This document shows, one piece after another, positions 24,982 through 39,050 of a stretch of 64,000 bases of DNA. This stretch comes from Eledone cirrhosa. Its lineage: Eukaryota. The translations under genes and the position numbers were made by a program. The notes below the pieces were generated by a model that searched no databases, was not told the DNA's origin, and saw only the letters and a list, made by a program, of their open reading frames with translations. Position 1 is the stretch's first letter. The number at the start of each line of letters is the position of its first letter. The DNA lies in NCBI GenBank assembly GCA_964016885.1, contig OZ024741.1, positions 13,888,001 through 13,952,000 of the forward strand. The letters are read 5' to 3'.

Positions 24982-25115
24982 TGGTACTTTATCAACTGGT
25001 ACTTTATTTTATCGACCTCGTAAGGATGAAAGGCAAAGTTAACCTTGCCGGGATTTGAACTCAGATCGTAAAGGGACGTAACTATGCTGTCTGACCCTCT
25101 ACCGATACTGCCAAA
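24982..25115 (-). mobile_element. tRNA-derived SINE fragment (second family)
   Basis: GAGTTCAAATCCC B box plus ttgcctttcatccttacg..gataaaataaagtaccag; also at 36421-36550 and 56690-56858. Confidence 0.75.
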
Positions 25116-25159
25116 TTTTAATTGTTTTTCATGCATATATATATGTATATATATATATG

Positions 25160-25190
<31 letters not shown>

Positions 25191-25314
25191 CCCTATTACT
25201 TTCTACCTACATTACTATTTCTCTATCCGTGTATCTAGCTATTTGTCTGTTTTCTGTGTATTTTTCTCCACATTATATCCACCTCTTATATATATACACA
25301 TATACCCATACATT

Positions 25315-25346
<32 letters not shown>

Positions 25347-25361
25347 TCTCTCTCCCTCTCC

Positions 25362-25420
<59 letters not shown>

Positions 25421-25730
25421 CTCTTCTAAAGAACATACAAAAAATAATTTGATATATATTATACATGGTCCACCCACCTCCTTCATCTCACCATCTTTAT
25501 GAATAACTTTGTTCCTTTGATGAACATTAAGAAGAATTAGCAGCATAAATACTGAAGATCTGGCTGTAGAATTGGTCCTTCGGGAAACGACAGCCTCAAA
25601 GAATCTATTACTTCTCATTATGGCAGTCAGAAAACATATATGATTCTGTGTATTTATACTACACATATTAATATTATATATATATATATATATGTGTATA
25701 CGTATCTGTGTGGGTGTACATGTGTGTGAC

Positions 25731-25792
<62 letters not shown>

Positions 25793-25867
25793 TCATCATC
25801 ATCATCATCATCAACGTTTAACGTCCGTGTTCCACGCTTGCATGGGTTTGGTCGGGGGTAGTCCCAC

Positions 25868-26540
<673 letters not shown>

Positions 26541-28237
26541 ATCATCATCATCATCATCACCGTTTTACGTCCGTTCTTCCACGCTAGCATGGGTTAGACG
26601 GGTTGTCCTGTTGTGGGCAGTGTCTGGTCGGCTGACCATGCCTTGCTCATACAGGAACTGATCTGGCTTGATTTCTACAGCTGGATGCCCTTCCTAACAC
26701 CAACCTCATTTACAGTGAGTGCTGGGTGCTTTTTCGTGGCGCCTACACATCCACTTTACAGTGTGGGCTGGGTGCTTTTTTGCTGTGGCACCTCCACGGC
26801 CACCTTGCGGTGGGGGGGGGGGCATATTGTTTATATGCTTCAGCATGTACCCATGGGAGGTCGGGTACCCTGTATTACTGCGTGACGCCAGAAGTCACGG
26901 TCGTGTGTCATTGACTTTGAGAGGTGTAGTTGGGTAAGGTCGGCTTTTATCACCTCATCCCAAGTCATCTTGGGTCTCCCCACTCCGCGGTTTCCATCAA
27001 CTTCTAGTGCTCTGCACCTTTTTATGCAGCTGTCATCCTTCATACGCATCACATGTCCATACCAGCGTAACCGCCTCTCCTGCACGCAGCATTTGATTCC
27101 TCTTATGCTCAGTCTCTCTCTCAATTCCTTTATGCTTTGTCGTTCACGTATATTACTGTTACACATCCATCGGAGCATGCAGGCTTCGTTTCTCTCTAAT
27201 CTACGTAAGTCTTCCACCTTCAGCGCCCAGGTCTCACTACCATGCAACATCGCTGTTCGGATACACGCATCATACAGTCTGCCTTTCATTCTGAGGGAGA
27301 AGCCTTTTGCAGCTAGCAGTGGTAGTAGTTCCCTAAACTTCTTCCATCCCGTTCTTACCCTAGTTATTGTACTTTCTGAGCACCCACCTCCGTTGCTAAT
27401 TCGGTCACCTAGGTAGCAGAAGCTGTCTACTGTTTCTACAGGGCCCTCCCAGAGATTGGTGGTACTTGTTTCCTGTGGCTGTTTGCTTGCTGTTTCAGCA
27501 CAGCTGCTGCATGTGAATCCTACATTCTTAATTAAGCTTCCTGAGATCCCGCTACATCTCTTGTGTACCCATTGTTTGCATTTGGGGCAGAGAATGGAGT
27601 TCCTACCTACACCTTTCCTACATACTGAGCAAGGCCATTTCCCTGAGGGGATCTGGGTTCTGTTTTCTCGTCTACTTACAAGGACCTTAGTCTTTGTCAT
27701 GTTGACTTTGAGGCCCTTTCTCTCTAGTCCCTGCTTCCAGGTTTGGAATTTATTCTCTAGTTCTACCATAGATTCAGCTATGAGTGCGAGGTCATCAGCA
27801 TACAGGAGTTCCCATGGGCATCCGGTCTTAAACTCCTCCGTTATTGCCTGCAGGACTATGATGAACAGGAGAGGGCTAAGAACAGAGCCCTGGTGGACCC
27901 CAACCTGTACGCTAAATTCCTCGCTATACTCATTGCCTATCCTAACTTTGCTGACTGCTCCCCTATACATGGCTTGTACCGCTTTCACAAGCCATTCATC
28001 TACTCCTAGTTTTCTAAGAGCCCACCAGATTACTGCACGTGGAACTCTGTCAAAGGCTTTCTCAAGGTCGACAAATGCCAAGTAGAGTGGCTTACTTTTA
28101 GCTAGGTACTTTTCCTGTAATTGCCTCACAAGGAAGAGGGCATCAGTGGTGCCTTTCCCTGGTACAAACCCAAATTGCATCTCGTCTATATTCACCCGGT
28201 CCCTAATCAGCTGTGCTATAACTCTTTCTGTTACTTT
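26541..28237 (-). mobile_element. RTE LINE family B, 5'-truncated; open RT frame 26840-28195
   Basis: 451-aa ORF with RT motifs and the same PHD-like finger; (GAT)n tail. Confidence 0.93.
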
Positions 28238-28252
28238 CTATATATGTATATA

Positions 28253-28590
28253 TCATCATCATCATCATCATCATCACCGTTTTACGTCCGTTCTTCCACG
28301 CTAGCATGGGTTAGACGGGTTGTCCTGTTGTGGGCAGTGTCTGGTCGGCTGACCATGCCTTGCTCATACAGGAACTGATCTGGCTTGATTTCTACAGCTG
28401 GATGCCCTTCCTAACACCAACCTCATTTACAGTGAGTGCTGGGTGCTTTTTCGTGGCGCCTACACGTCCACTTTACAGTGTGGGCTGGGTGCTTTTTTGC
28501 CGTGGCACCTCCACGACCACCTTGCGGTGGGGGGGGGGGGCATATTGTTTATATGCTTCAGCATGTACCCATGGGAGGTCGGGTACCCTG
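28253..28590 (-). mobile_element. RTE family B 3' UTR fragment
   Basis: Near-identical to 26541-26872. Confidence 0.9.
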
Positions 28591-28596
28591 TATATA

Positions 28597-28652
<56 letters not shown>

Positions 28653-28759
28653 AATGTATATATATATGTATATGTATAAATGTATATATATATGTATATA
28701 TATAAATGTATATATATATGTATATGTATAAATGTATATATATATATGTATATGTATAA

Positions 28760-28791
<32 letters not shown>

Positions 28792-28880
28792 GTATATATA
28801 TATATAAATGTATATATATATGTATATATATATGTGTATATATATATGTATATATATGTATATATATATATGTATATATG

Positions 28881-28936
<56 letters not shown>

Positions 28937-29671
28937 TGTATATATATAAATGTATATATATATGTATATGTATAAATGTATATATATATGTATATATATA
29001 TATGTATATATATATATAAATGTATATATATATGTATATATATATATATAGTATTAAGGATACTATTTATGATTATGTATGTAATAAAACCTTTTATGGT
29101 TATATATTTTTCATACAAACCCTAAATAGTGAAAGATAGTCATTAATAACTATCTTATTACCAGTAAGATAAATAGCTCAATGTAATAACATCGGTTGTT
29201 TTACAGAGCAGTTATATATGAAACAATCTCACGTGTAGCATGCACGCGTGTCTTATTTATACATAAGACACGCGTGCATGCTACACGTGAGATTGTTTCA
29301 TACACTGACTACTCTAAACTTTCCTCTTGCTTTATCTTCATAAACTGCCAATGTTTCATTTTTATCTTTATTTTTATTTTTATTTTTATTTTTATTTTTA
29401 TTTTTATTTTTATTTTTATTTTTATTTTTATTTTTATTTTTATTTTTATTTTTATTTTTATTTTTTATTTTTATTTTTATTTTTATTTTTATTTTTATTT
29501 TTATTTTTATTTTTATTTTAATTTTATTTTTATCCTTTAACCTTTATATGTAAATTGCCATGCTATATCATTTTGATGGATGTCATCCCACTGTGGGTCA
29601 ATATATGCATATGCTTTTATATGTCTCTTGTGTTGAAAAGGAGGTCAAGTATGTTATAGATCACTAAATAG

Positions 29672-29720
29672 TTGCTCCGAAGAATCCAAACCGTGGTTTG
29701 GAGGAAACAATTGTAAGCAA
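29672..29720 (+). ncRNA. Minimal hammerhead-like motif (CCGAAGA core variant) at the 3' end of a TA-flanked element (~29050-29757)
   Basis: TTGCT-CCGAAGA-A-TCCAAACC-GT-GGTTTGGA-G-GAAAC-AATT-GTA-AGCAA, overlapping an AATAAA. Confidence 0.65.
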
Positions 29721-29775
29721 ATAAATGATTTAAACTGAACTTTGATTATTGTAATCTATATATATATATATATAT

Positions 29776-30008
29776 CAGATCAGAGCTAACAACACGGACG
29801 CTCTATCTCAAAATTATTTTTGAAAAGCATTTAGAAATGCGCAACCGGTAAAAACTTAAAACCACAACTGAATACTAACCCATACAATCACTAATACTCT
29901 TTTATTCCTAATTAAACTATTTTTCAACTGTGAACAATTTGTCAGCATTTTCTATTCCGTTTACCAATATATAATAACTTGTGTGTTACACCTCTATTCT
30001 TTTAACTA
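29776..30008 (+). mobile_element. PLE family F 3' end with tail
   Basis: Homologous to 34937-35140 (minus) and 39188-39566. Confidence 0.7.
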
Positions 30009-30091
30009 TATATATATATATATGAAAGTAGAGAAATTAATGTGAGCAAGAAGCCAACAGTATTTCATAATATATATATATATGTGTGTGC

Positions 30092-30188
<97 letters not shown>

Positions 30189-30679
30189 TATATATCTTGA
30201 AACCGGTCAACCCATCCAACCCATACTAGCATGAAAAATAATTATTATTATGATGATGACGATATATATATATACATGCTGCTTACTCATGTAGACATGT
30301 ACGTGTGTATGTATGTATATATATATACACACATACATAGTGAACAAACATATAGGCATTTATGTATGTATAGATAATTGGCTGGTTATGACATATTTCT
30401 GTGTATATGATGTGTTTATAAATGTACATGGCTTAGTGGTCAGGGTGTTCAACCCATGAGAGTATGTGTTTGATTCCTAGCAATGCTGAATCTTCCTGAA
30501 TATCACATCAAGGTGTCATGCATCTCTTTCTTGCTCCGTTACTTGTATGTTAATTTATCAGGTAGGCTGTTCCATTGATCAAAGAACTGAAACAGTCTTC
30601 ACCAGAACCAACATAGGTCCAACAGAAAAGTATGATGTGTTTGTAAGGCTGGACCTACTGCTTTGGGGGTCTTTTATAC

Positions 30680-30975
30680 ACATCATCATCATCATTTTAC
30701 ATCCGCTTTATCCTGCTTGCAAGAGTGGGATGGCTCCTATTCAGCACAGCATCTCTCCTCTTGTCATGGTCCTTCGTCATCTCCTCCGTGAACTTCAGCG
30801 ATCTGAGGTCTGCTCTCACCACCTCCGCCCATGTTTTTTGTGGTCTCCTCTACTGCGTCTTCCTTCAACTGGGATTTCTTGGCACTTCTTTACCCAGCGG
30901 TCATCCTCCATGTGCATCACATGTCCATACCATCGCAGTCTTCTCTCCCGCACACTACAACTTATCCCTCTTAAA
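30680..30975 (-). mobile_element. RTE family C 3' fragment
   Basis: Homologous to 32870-33141. Confidence 0.8.
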
Positions 30976-31794
30976 CACAAGAAATTAGAATACACAGCAA
31001 ACTCCCCCCCCCCCCCATTTTACATATTAAAGACACAAGTAATTGGCATTGAAAAGTTATACATACAGGTATTAAATTCTAAAAAATCTGACCATCCTCA
31101 TTTTATGTCCACTTTCCATACTGGCATGGGTTAGATAGGTTGTCATAGTCCAAGACTAGACATTTGATGAATTTGGCCACATTAAAGACATTAAATACTT
31201 TTTGTTAAGAATATACTTCTCGTTATCAAAGAGTTAAAACTAAAAGGCTAAGCAGAGGGCACAAATAAATTGCTACGGCCATTGCTGGTGGCTCCCCCCC
31301 TCCCCCACGGCAGGAGCATCTGTCTCCATTGCCGCCCCATTAAATCCAGCCCAGTGTGCATGACCCTCACTAACCCTGTAGGACAAATTATATTGTTGTG
31401 ATTTATTAGTTTGCAATTCTGAATATCAAACTCCATTTTCCTCAGGGTCTACTGTCTAAACTTGAAGACAATATTTTCAATGCTGGCTCCCAACTAGTCA
31501 CCATAAACAGGGAGTCTCACTTCTCATGCACACATGAGGGTCAGTTGAAATGTTCATAGGCTGACCAAGATTCTCTCATGGAATAACCAAATAAGGTTTA
31601 TTCTTCAACATAGTCCCTGGAAAGAAGGAATGCAGTTATTAATAAGAAGAGTTGAAATTAATTCATGCAAGATTTCATAGCTCTAGCATCACTCCTTCAT
31701 AGTCCAACTGGCCAGACTTGTCTCATAATGTGGACGACCCTTCTAACTCATGCAAGTATGAAAAATAGATGTTAAACTGTGAAGATGATATATA

Positions 31795-33141
31795 TCAGTT
31801 TGGTTTTGTGCCTCAGAAAAGTACAACAAATGCCCTCTTTTTAGTGAGACAACTACAAGAGAGGTTCTTAGAGAAGAATAAGCCACTATACTTAGCTTTT
31901 GTTGACCTAGAGAAGGCCTTTGATAGGGTACCCCGATCTGTCATCTGATGGTCCCTAAGGAAACTAGGTGTAGAGGAATGGCTTGTGAGGACAGTGCAAG
32001 CTATGTACAGGGGTGCTGTCAGTAAAGTGAGAATAGGAATGGAGTTTAGTGAGGAATTCCAGATACAAGTAGGTGTACATCAGAGTTCGGTCCTCAGCCG
32101 GTTCTTGTTCATTATAGTCCTCCAAGCCATAACAGAGGAGTTTAAGACTGGCTGCCCATGAGAACTTCTCTATGCTGATGATGGTTCTTATAGCAGAATC
32201 AGTAGAGGAGCTAGAGAATAAATTCTGGCTATGGAAACTGCAGTTGGAATCAAGAGGCCTGAGAGTGAACATAGCTAAAACAAAAGTGTTAATAAGTAGA
32301 AGAGAGGACAACACTCTGATTCCATCGGGGAAATGGCCATGTTTGATATGTATGAAAGGAACTGGCATAAATTCCATAAAATGTACGCAATGCAGATCTT
32401 GGGTACACAATAGATGTAGTGGGATAGCAGGCAATCTAACAGGTAGGGAAAACTACATATGCAGTAGATGTATAGGGAAAGTTGGCAATAGTAATCGTAG
32501 TGATAGACATATTTTTCCAATGCAGGTGGGTTCTATAGAAGTGGCTGATAGCTTCCGGTACCTAGGTGATCAGATTAGCATGGGAGGGGAGTGTTCCGAG
32601 ACCATAGTATCTAGAATAAGGGCGGGTTGGAAGACGTTTAGGGAGCTACTTTCTCTGTTGACCAAGAAGGGCTTCTCCCTGCGTATGAAAGGATGGTTAT
32701 ATGATGCCTGTGTGAGATGCGCGATGCTGCATGGTAGTGAGACATGGGCAGCAACTGCAGAAGATATGCGACGACTGGAGAGAAATGAAGCAAGTATGTT
32801 CCGTTGATGTGAAATGTCAATGTGCGGGAACGACTAGGCTTAGACGAGTTGAGAAAGAAACTGGGTATAAGAGGGATAAGTTGTGGTGTGCAGTAGAGAA
32901 GTCTCAGATGGTATGGACATGTGATGCGCATGGAGGATGACCGCTGGGTAAAGAAGTGCCAAGAAATCGCAGTAGAGGTAGACCACGAAAAACATGGGCG
33001 GAGGTGGTGAAACCAGACCTCAGATCGCTGAAAAACACCGAGGCGATGACGAAAACCGTGACAAGTGGAGAGATGCTGTGCTGAATAGGACCCGTCCAAC
33101 CCTTGCAAGCGGGGAAAAGCAGATGTAAAATGATGATGATG
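31795..33141 (+). mobile_element. Older RTE family C, decayed RT
   Basis: QFGF, DLEKAFD, GCP*ELLYADD, PHD-like finger, MLHGSETW; in-frame stops. Confidence 0.88.
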
Positions 33142-33423
33142 ATATATATATATATCATCTCCAACATAATTGTTTAACGTCTATCTTCCATGCTAGCATG
33201 GGTTAGACAGGAATTGTCCCACTTGAGACAAGATTAATTGGGTGACCATGTCTCACCCATATAAGACTATCTGGCACTATCCGTATAAGACTTCTGTGGC
33301 TGGACCCTTCCTAACACCAAGCACATTACAGTGTGGACTGTGTGTTTTTTTGTCGTGACACCTACACAACCTCTTTATGTATATAAATATATATGTGATA
33401 TATATATATGATATATATATATA

Positions 33424-33457
<34 letters not shown>

Positions 33458-33465
<8 letters not shown>

Positions 33466-33940
33466 GTTTGTATATGTATAATAAAGCCAAAACAATGCAG
33501 GTATGGACATAGAATAAAGAATGCAAATGCAAAAGATATTGTTGACAATTAGTCTTTTACCTTAGATTTATTTAAATGTCCTTAATTTTCGAGATAATAT
33601 CTCTTCTTTGGAGGGAAGTAAAGCGGTTAAACCAGTGTTCTAAATAGCTTGCCAAGTCATGCTGACAGGAAATGGTATAGAGTACCATTTCCTGTCAGCA
33701 TGACTTGGCAAGCTATTTAGAACACTGGTTTAACCGCTTTACTTCCCTCCAAAGAAGAGATATTATCTCGAAAATTAAGGACATTTAAATAAATCTAAGG
33801 TAAAAGACTAATTGTCAACAATATCTTTTGCATTTGCATTCTTTATTCTATGTCCATACCTGCATTGTTTTGGCTTTATTATACATATACAAACGTTTAT
33901 ACCTCATTACACAATGCTTCAAGTGAACTATAACCTCCTC

Positions 33941-33941
<1 letters not shown>
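33458..33941. mobile_element. Fold-back element: ~219-bp perfect inverted arms, 5-nt loop, 40-nt one-sided tail
   Basis: 33459-33677 is inverted at 33683-33901; loop TAGAG; (TA)n on both sides. Confidence 0.85.
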
Positions 33942-33989
<48 letters not shown>

Positions 33990-33995
<6 letters not shown>

Positions 33996-34445
33996 TATAA
34001 CAGATTAAAGTTTAAGCAAAGAATCGCTGCTTTCACCCTTAACTATACCATTTACGTGGTTTTGTCTTTGCGTGCTATTGTTCTCCACGCTCCACATATG
34101 ACTTATTATCTTCGTTTTTTCGTTCATTGCCAGAGAACGTCTCTATGCACCACCTAAGAGAACATTAGTCTACAACCTCTTTTATACCATAAACGTGGTT
34201 TTGTCTTTGCGCGTAATTGTTTTTCACCGCTCCTATTAATGACGTATTATTCGTTTTTTCCCGTTCTTTGCCAGCGAACGTTACCACGAACCAAAGTATT
34301 GTCTTCCTGTCTTCCTCCGGTTGCAACGTTTTTTGAAATATCCAGTTCTGCGTTTACAGATTGACTTTGTTAGTTTCAGAAGATTCCGTTAAGGGTGAAA
34401 GCAGCGATTCTTTGCTTAAACTTTAATCTGTTATATTAATAAATA
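33990..34445 (+). mobile_element. Small PLE-like element with inverted 3' tip, internal ~140-bp diverged duplication and hammerhead-like motif
   Basis: 33991-34043 is inverted at 34388-34440; same family as 3595-3765. Confidence 0.7.
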
Positions 34446-34528
34446 TTTGCTCTACGGTTCTTATATATTTGATATATATTTTCCTTATCGAGACCTCTTT
34501 GGATTTTAGTCTTCAATTTTATTATTAT

Positions 34529-34588
<60 letters not shown>

Positions 34589-34761
34589 AGGTATCACGGC
34601 AAAAAAGCACCCACCACTCACTGTAAATGAGGTTGGTGTTAGGAAGGGCATCCAGCTGTAGAAATCAAGCCAGAATCAGTTCCCGTCCCACCCTTGCAAG
34701 CAGGGAAAAGTGGACGTAAAATGATGATGATATGTATATATATATCATATATATATATATA

Positions 34762-34818
<57 letters not shown>

Positions 34819-34936
34819 ATATATATGATATATATATATATATATATATATATATTCTAACTCATGCTAGCGTGGAAGAACGGACGTAAAACGGTGATGA
34901 TGATGATGATGTATATATATATGATATATATATATA

Positions 34937-35879
34937 TATTGGTAAACGGAATAGAAAATGCTGACAAATTGTTCACAGTTGAAAAATAGTTTAATTAGGA
35001 ATAAAAGAGTATTACTAATTGTATGGGTTAGTATTCTGTTGTGGTTTTAAGTTTTTAAGTTTTTACCAGTTGCGCATTTCTAAATGCTTTTCAAAAATAA
35101 TTTTGAGATAGAGTGTCCGTGTTGTTTGCTCTGATCTGATTAGTTTTGGGAATTCTACCTGTTTTTATGTTAAAAAAGTGGCTCCAGCGCTACTTTGGTG
35201 TTGCAAAAATTCTTGTGGTGAAAACAATTTTGATTGGTCGGTAGAGGTCATGTGAATGTAAAAAATTGATTTTGAGCCAAGACTGTTTCTATGTTAAAAA
35301 AGTGGCTCCAGCGCTACTTGGTGTTGCAAAAATTCTTGTGGTCAAAACAATTTTGATTGGTCGGTAGAGGTCATGTGAATGTAAAAAATTGATTTTGCGC
35401 CAAGACTGAGAAATGACTCTTTCACAACAAATATGTGTGTGTATGTGTGTGTGTGTAGTAGTAGTAGTAGTAAAGTGTTCGATGTTGTGATAATGGTTAG
35501 CAGGGATGTGTGTGCGAACCGCAGCCTGTTGACAGTTCAAATGGCTATTAAAATAAGTGTGTGTGTGTGTGTGTATAGCAGAGTGATTCGTGGTAGCGGG
35601 GTGGTCAGTAGGAATGTGTCTGTAAGTAGGAATGTGTATTTTAGCATGTCAAAAGATATTTTTCAGCTTTTGTCTTATACGGAGAAGTGTGTGTATGTGT
35701 ATAAGTCTCTTTGTATGTTAATGTATGTGTGTGTGTGTATATATGTGTGTGTGTGTGCGTGGGTGGACCAGTATTTTTTTCCCCTGGTAAAATGGTGTAC
35801 ATTATTCGATATTTTCAGTAAAATCGGTTCTCTTAATAGAACATCAAAAATCTTAACAATAAAAGGTGTGAAATGATAT

Positions 35880-35917
<38 letters not shown>

Positions 35918-35918
35918 T

Positions 35919-35960
<42 letters not shown>

Positions 35961-36420
35961 TTTTTTTGTGTTGCACCATAGAGCATGTGTGTTTACGTAT
36001 GTCATTGTGTTTATATGTGGGTAGAGATGTGTGCTGATATAGGTATGTATGTTGACGTGTGTATGTTGTGGGTTCGTCTTAGGGAGAAGTGTTTAGACGG
36101 GGTCCGTATTTATTAATAAAGTAAGATTCCTTGCTGATGCGCTGGGTGTGGGTGGCATTATCTTTAAATTTGTAGAGGGGAAAGATTCTGAAGTTGGGAT
36201 GATTTTGGGCGGCACAGGTATCAATGTGTTCACTCAGTGGTATTTTCCTGTATTCCCGTATTTTAATTTGGGATCTATGGACAGTCATGCGTTGGCGGAG
36301 GCTGTTTTTGGTCTGGCCTATGTATTGTTCTCGACAACCTGAGCAAGTTAATACATATATTAGATTTTCCGATGCACATGTGAAATTGTGTTTTACTATA
36401 AAACGTTGTCCTTCTTTGAA
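34937..36420 (-). mobile_element. PLE family F: GIY-YIG C-terminus (36079-36420) and long 3' region
   Basis: FTCASENLIYVLTCSGCREQYIGQTKNSLRQRMTVH...KESYFINKYGPRLN. Linkage of the ORF to the 34937 end is inferred. Confidence 0.75.
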
Positions 36421-36550
36421 ATAATAATAATAATAATAATAATTGTTTCTACTTTTGGCACAAGGCCAGCAATTACCCAGTGCATTACTAGTACTTTATT
36501 TTATCGACCCCGTAAGGATGAAAGGTAAAGTTAACCTCGGCGGGATTTGA
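36421..36550 (-). mobile_element. SINE 3' part with (ATT)n tail
   Basis: Homologous to 56740-56858. Confidence 0.75.
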
Positions 36551-37375
36551 ATAATAATAATAATAATAATAATAATGAAATATTGTGTACATTGCTCAGG
36601 TGCACTACAACTCATCAAAAAGTGTATGTATATTACATAGGGTAATGTACAAACGTCAGGAAAATGAGCAGTGCATGAGTCATGATATACACATGTGTGC
36701 ATGTGTATTGAAGGGGGACATCATGTGTAGTTTTGGCGTATTTCGGGAAGCACGAGTGTTTTAAAGGATGCAGTGTCTCGGCAGCTAACAACTGACGCAG
36801 GCAGTTTGTTCTATGCTTCAGCAACTCTAAGCGTGAAAAAATGTTTACGAAAATCATGGGAGCTGTGCTGTTTTCTGACTTTGTAGGCATGTCCACGTGT
36901 GTTAGACACATGGAGATCAAAAAGGTGCTTAGGGTTGTTGTTGGCGAGATGGTTAATAACTTTGTGGGTGTTTATCAAGTCCATTGCTTGACGTCGGAGC
37001 TTCAATGAATCCATGCCCAGGGAAGCAAGGCGTTCAGAGTATGGTAGGTGTCTGATGGAGGGTATGCGATTGGTTGCATGTCTCTGAACAGTTTCCAGGA
37101 GGTCAATGTTCTGAGCAAGATAGGGTTCCACACTGATGATGCGAATTCCAAGTGTGGTCGTACCATAGCTGTATACAGCTTTAAATAGATGGCTGGAGAG
37201 CGGCTAACAAAGGTCTTGCTGAGTGATGCCAAGACACCCTCGGCCTTCTTGACAATCTTAGAGACATGCTTTGCGCAACGCAAATCGTTGGTGACAGTAA
37301 TGCCCAGGTCACGTTCACAGGAGGACTTCTTGATATCAGTGTTGTGGAGGGAGTATGTGGACGCTGGATTTTTCT
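36551..37375 (-). mobile_element. CR1-clade LINE 3' fragment
   Basis: ERDLG, LYTAMVRPHLEFASSVW, LETVQRHAT, TRGH, FFTLRV; (ATT)n tail. Confidence 0.88.
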
Positions 37376-37380
37376 TATAT

Positions 37381-37577
37381 ATATAATGAAGGAAATGTGG
37401 TAAGGAACCAGATGGACCATAACGCCCCAAAGTACTCAATACTTAGGGTAGTAGAGTGGGTAATAGGAACAAGTATGACCCCGACGGCAGAGCTCAAGCC
37501 ATTTCGACGGCTAATTCTGGATGTCCAGAATTAGCCGTCGAAACGGCTTGAGCTCTGCCGTCGGGGTCATACTTGTT

Positions 37578-37582
<5 letters not shown>
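37381..37582. mobile_element. Second copy of the short fold-back element, opposite orientation
   Basis: 37463-37521 is inverted at 37524-37582; tail 37381-37462. Confidence 0.75.
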
Positions 37583-37626
<44 letters not shown>

Positions 37627-37752
37627 CATGTGTGTGTATATATATATGATATATAATATATCATATATATATACACACACATGATATATATATATATATA
37701 TATATATATCATATATATATACACACAAATGATATATATATATATATATATA

Positions 37753-38010
37753 TATACGATATTAACAAATGGAAACTATATTTATAAAACCATATCTATT
37801 TTATTATACATATTTCAAGGATACCATGTTAAATTATGGTATGCTTTCATCAGACAAAATACAATATATACCAGTTTTATAAATAAATATTGACATACCC
37901 TTTCAAAATGCAACCGTTATTTTTGGAAGACATCAGGGATAGTGGATTTGTTTATCTTAGTAAGTCGTTGTGTTATAAAAATATTTGCTTGTTGTATCCC
38001 AGCAATTTAA
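37753..38010 (-). mobile_element. PLE-like family D 3' fragment with CTGATGA..GAAA core
   Basis: Homologous to 45956-46316. Confidence 0.7.
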
Positions 38011-38039
38011 ATAGAACATTTGCATATATATATATATAT

Positions 38040-38850
38040 ATTAGTTTTGCCAGGTTTTTTTATATGAAATCGTGTGTCGAAACAAATATTGTTATACTTG
38101 GGGAGGGTCATATTTGTGTAATATTGCCAGCTTAGTAATATAGCATGTAATATAGACAACATAGAAATTAGAATAATATCTAAACATAGAAATGACCCAG
38201 CAGATAGGCAAATCAGAGAGGCCAGTGAAATAGAACTTAGAAGGCCAAGACTAAACAGAAAGAATGAATGGAATAACAACAACACCCAAACAAACAACAC
38301 TGACCTAAGAGAAGTATAAATAAATAAATAAATAAATAGATAAATAAATAAATACATACACAAGCACAATAACAACAAACACATATAAACACACACTAGT
38401 AAAGATAGAATACATTAACCAATACACAGTCACCCAATCACGAACACACATCAAACAAAACACTATACACACACACGCAAACGCATGCGCAAAGTAGACA
38501 AAATAAAATAAACAAACAAACAAATAAATAAATAAATATATAAACAGACTAAATAAAGATGGCGTAGACATACAATGTAACGGGAGGAAACAATAGCACC
38601 ACTGACGATGTTGCAGATGTGCAACGAAAGAACTTTGATAAACTATATATATATGTGTTTGTGTCTATATTGTATCTGTATTATTTTTGACCGTTGGTCA
38701 GTCAATGGCAACATTGAGGACCGAATAAATTAGATTACCGATATAAAAGACACAGAAGCGAAAAGCGAAAACCAACCAAACAGTGAGTGTGTTCTGTTAT
38801 TAATTCTGGCAATATTACACAAATATGACCCTCCCCAAGTATAACAATAT
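38040..38850 (+). mobile_element. PLE3-family truncated copy with inverted tip and tail
   Basis: GIY-YIG C-terminus (DRQIREASEI..PRLNRKNEW) and 3' region; 38086-38130 is inverted at 38805-38850. Confidence 0.85.
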
Positions 38851-38998
38851 ATATATATATATATCATATATATACTCACATGATATATATATATTTGATA
38901 TATATATATATATATATAAGGGATAACAAAATATTGTTATAGGTAATCCAGTTAGAGGTTGTGAATACTTTGTATTGTGGATATATATATATATATCA

Positions 38999-39050
<52 letters not shown>

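Noticed and set aside
29776-35140. Family F copies at 29776 and 34937 as one large inverted-repeat element
   Set aside because: Their 3' ends face inward, opposite to the fold-back geometry; more likely independent insertions.
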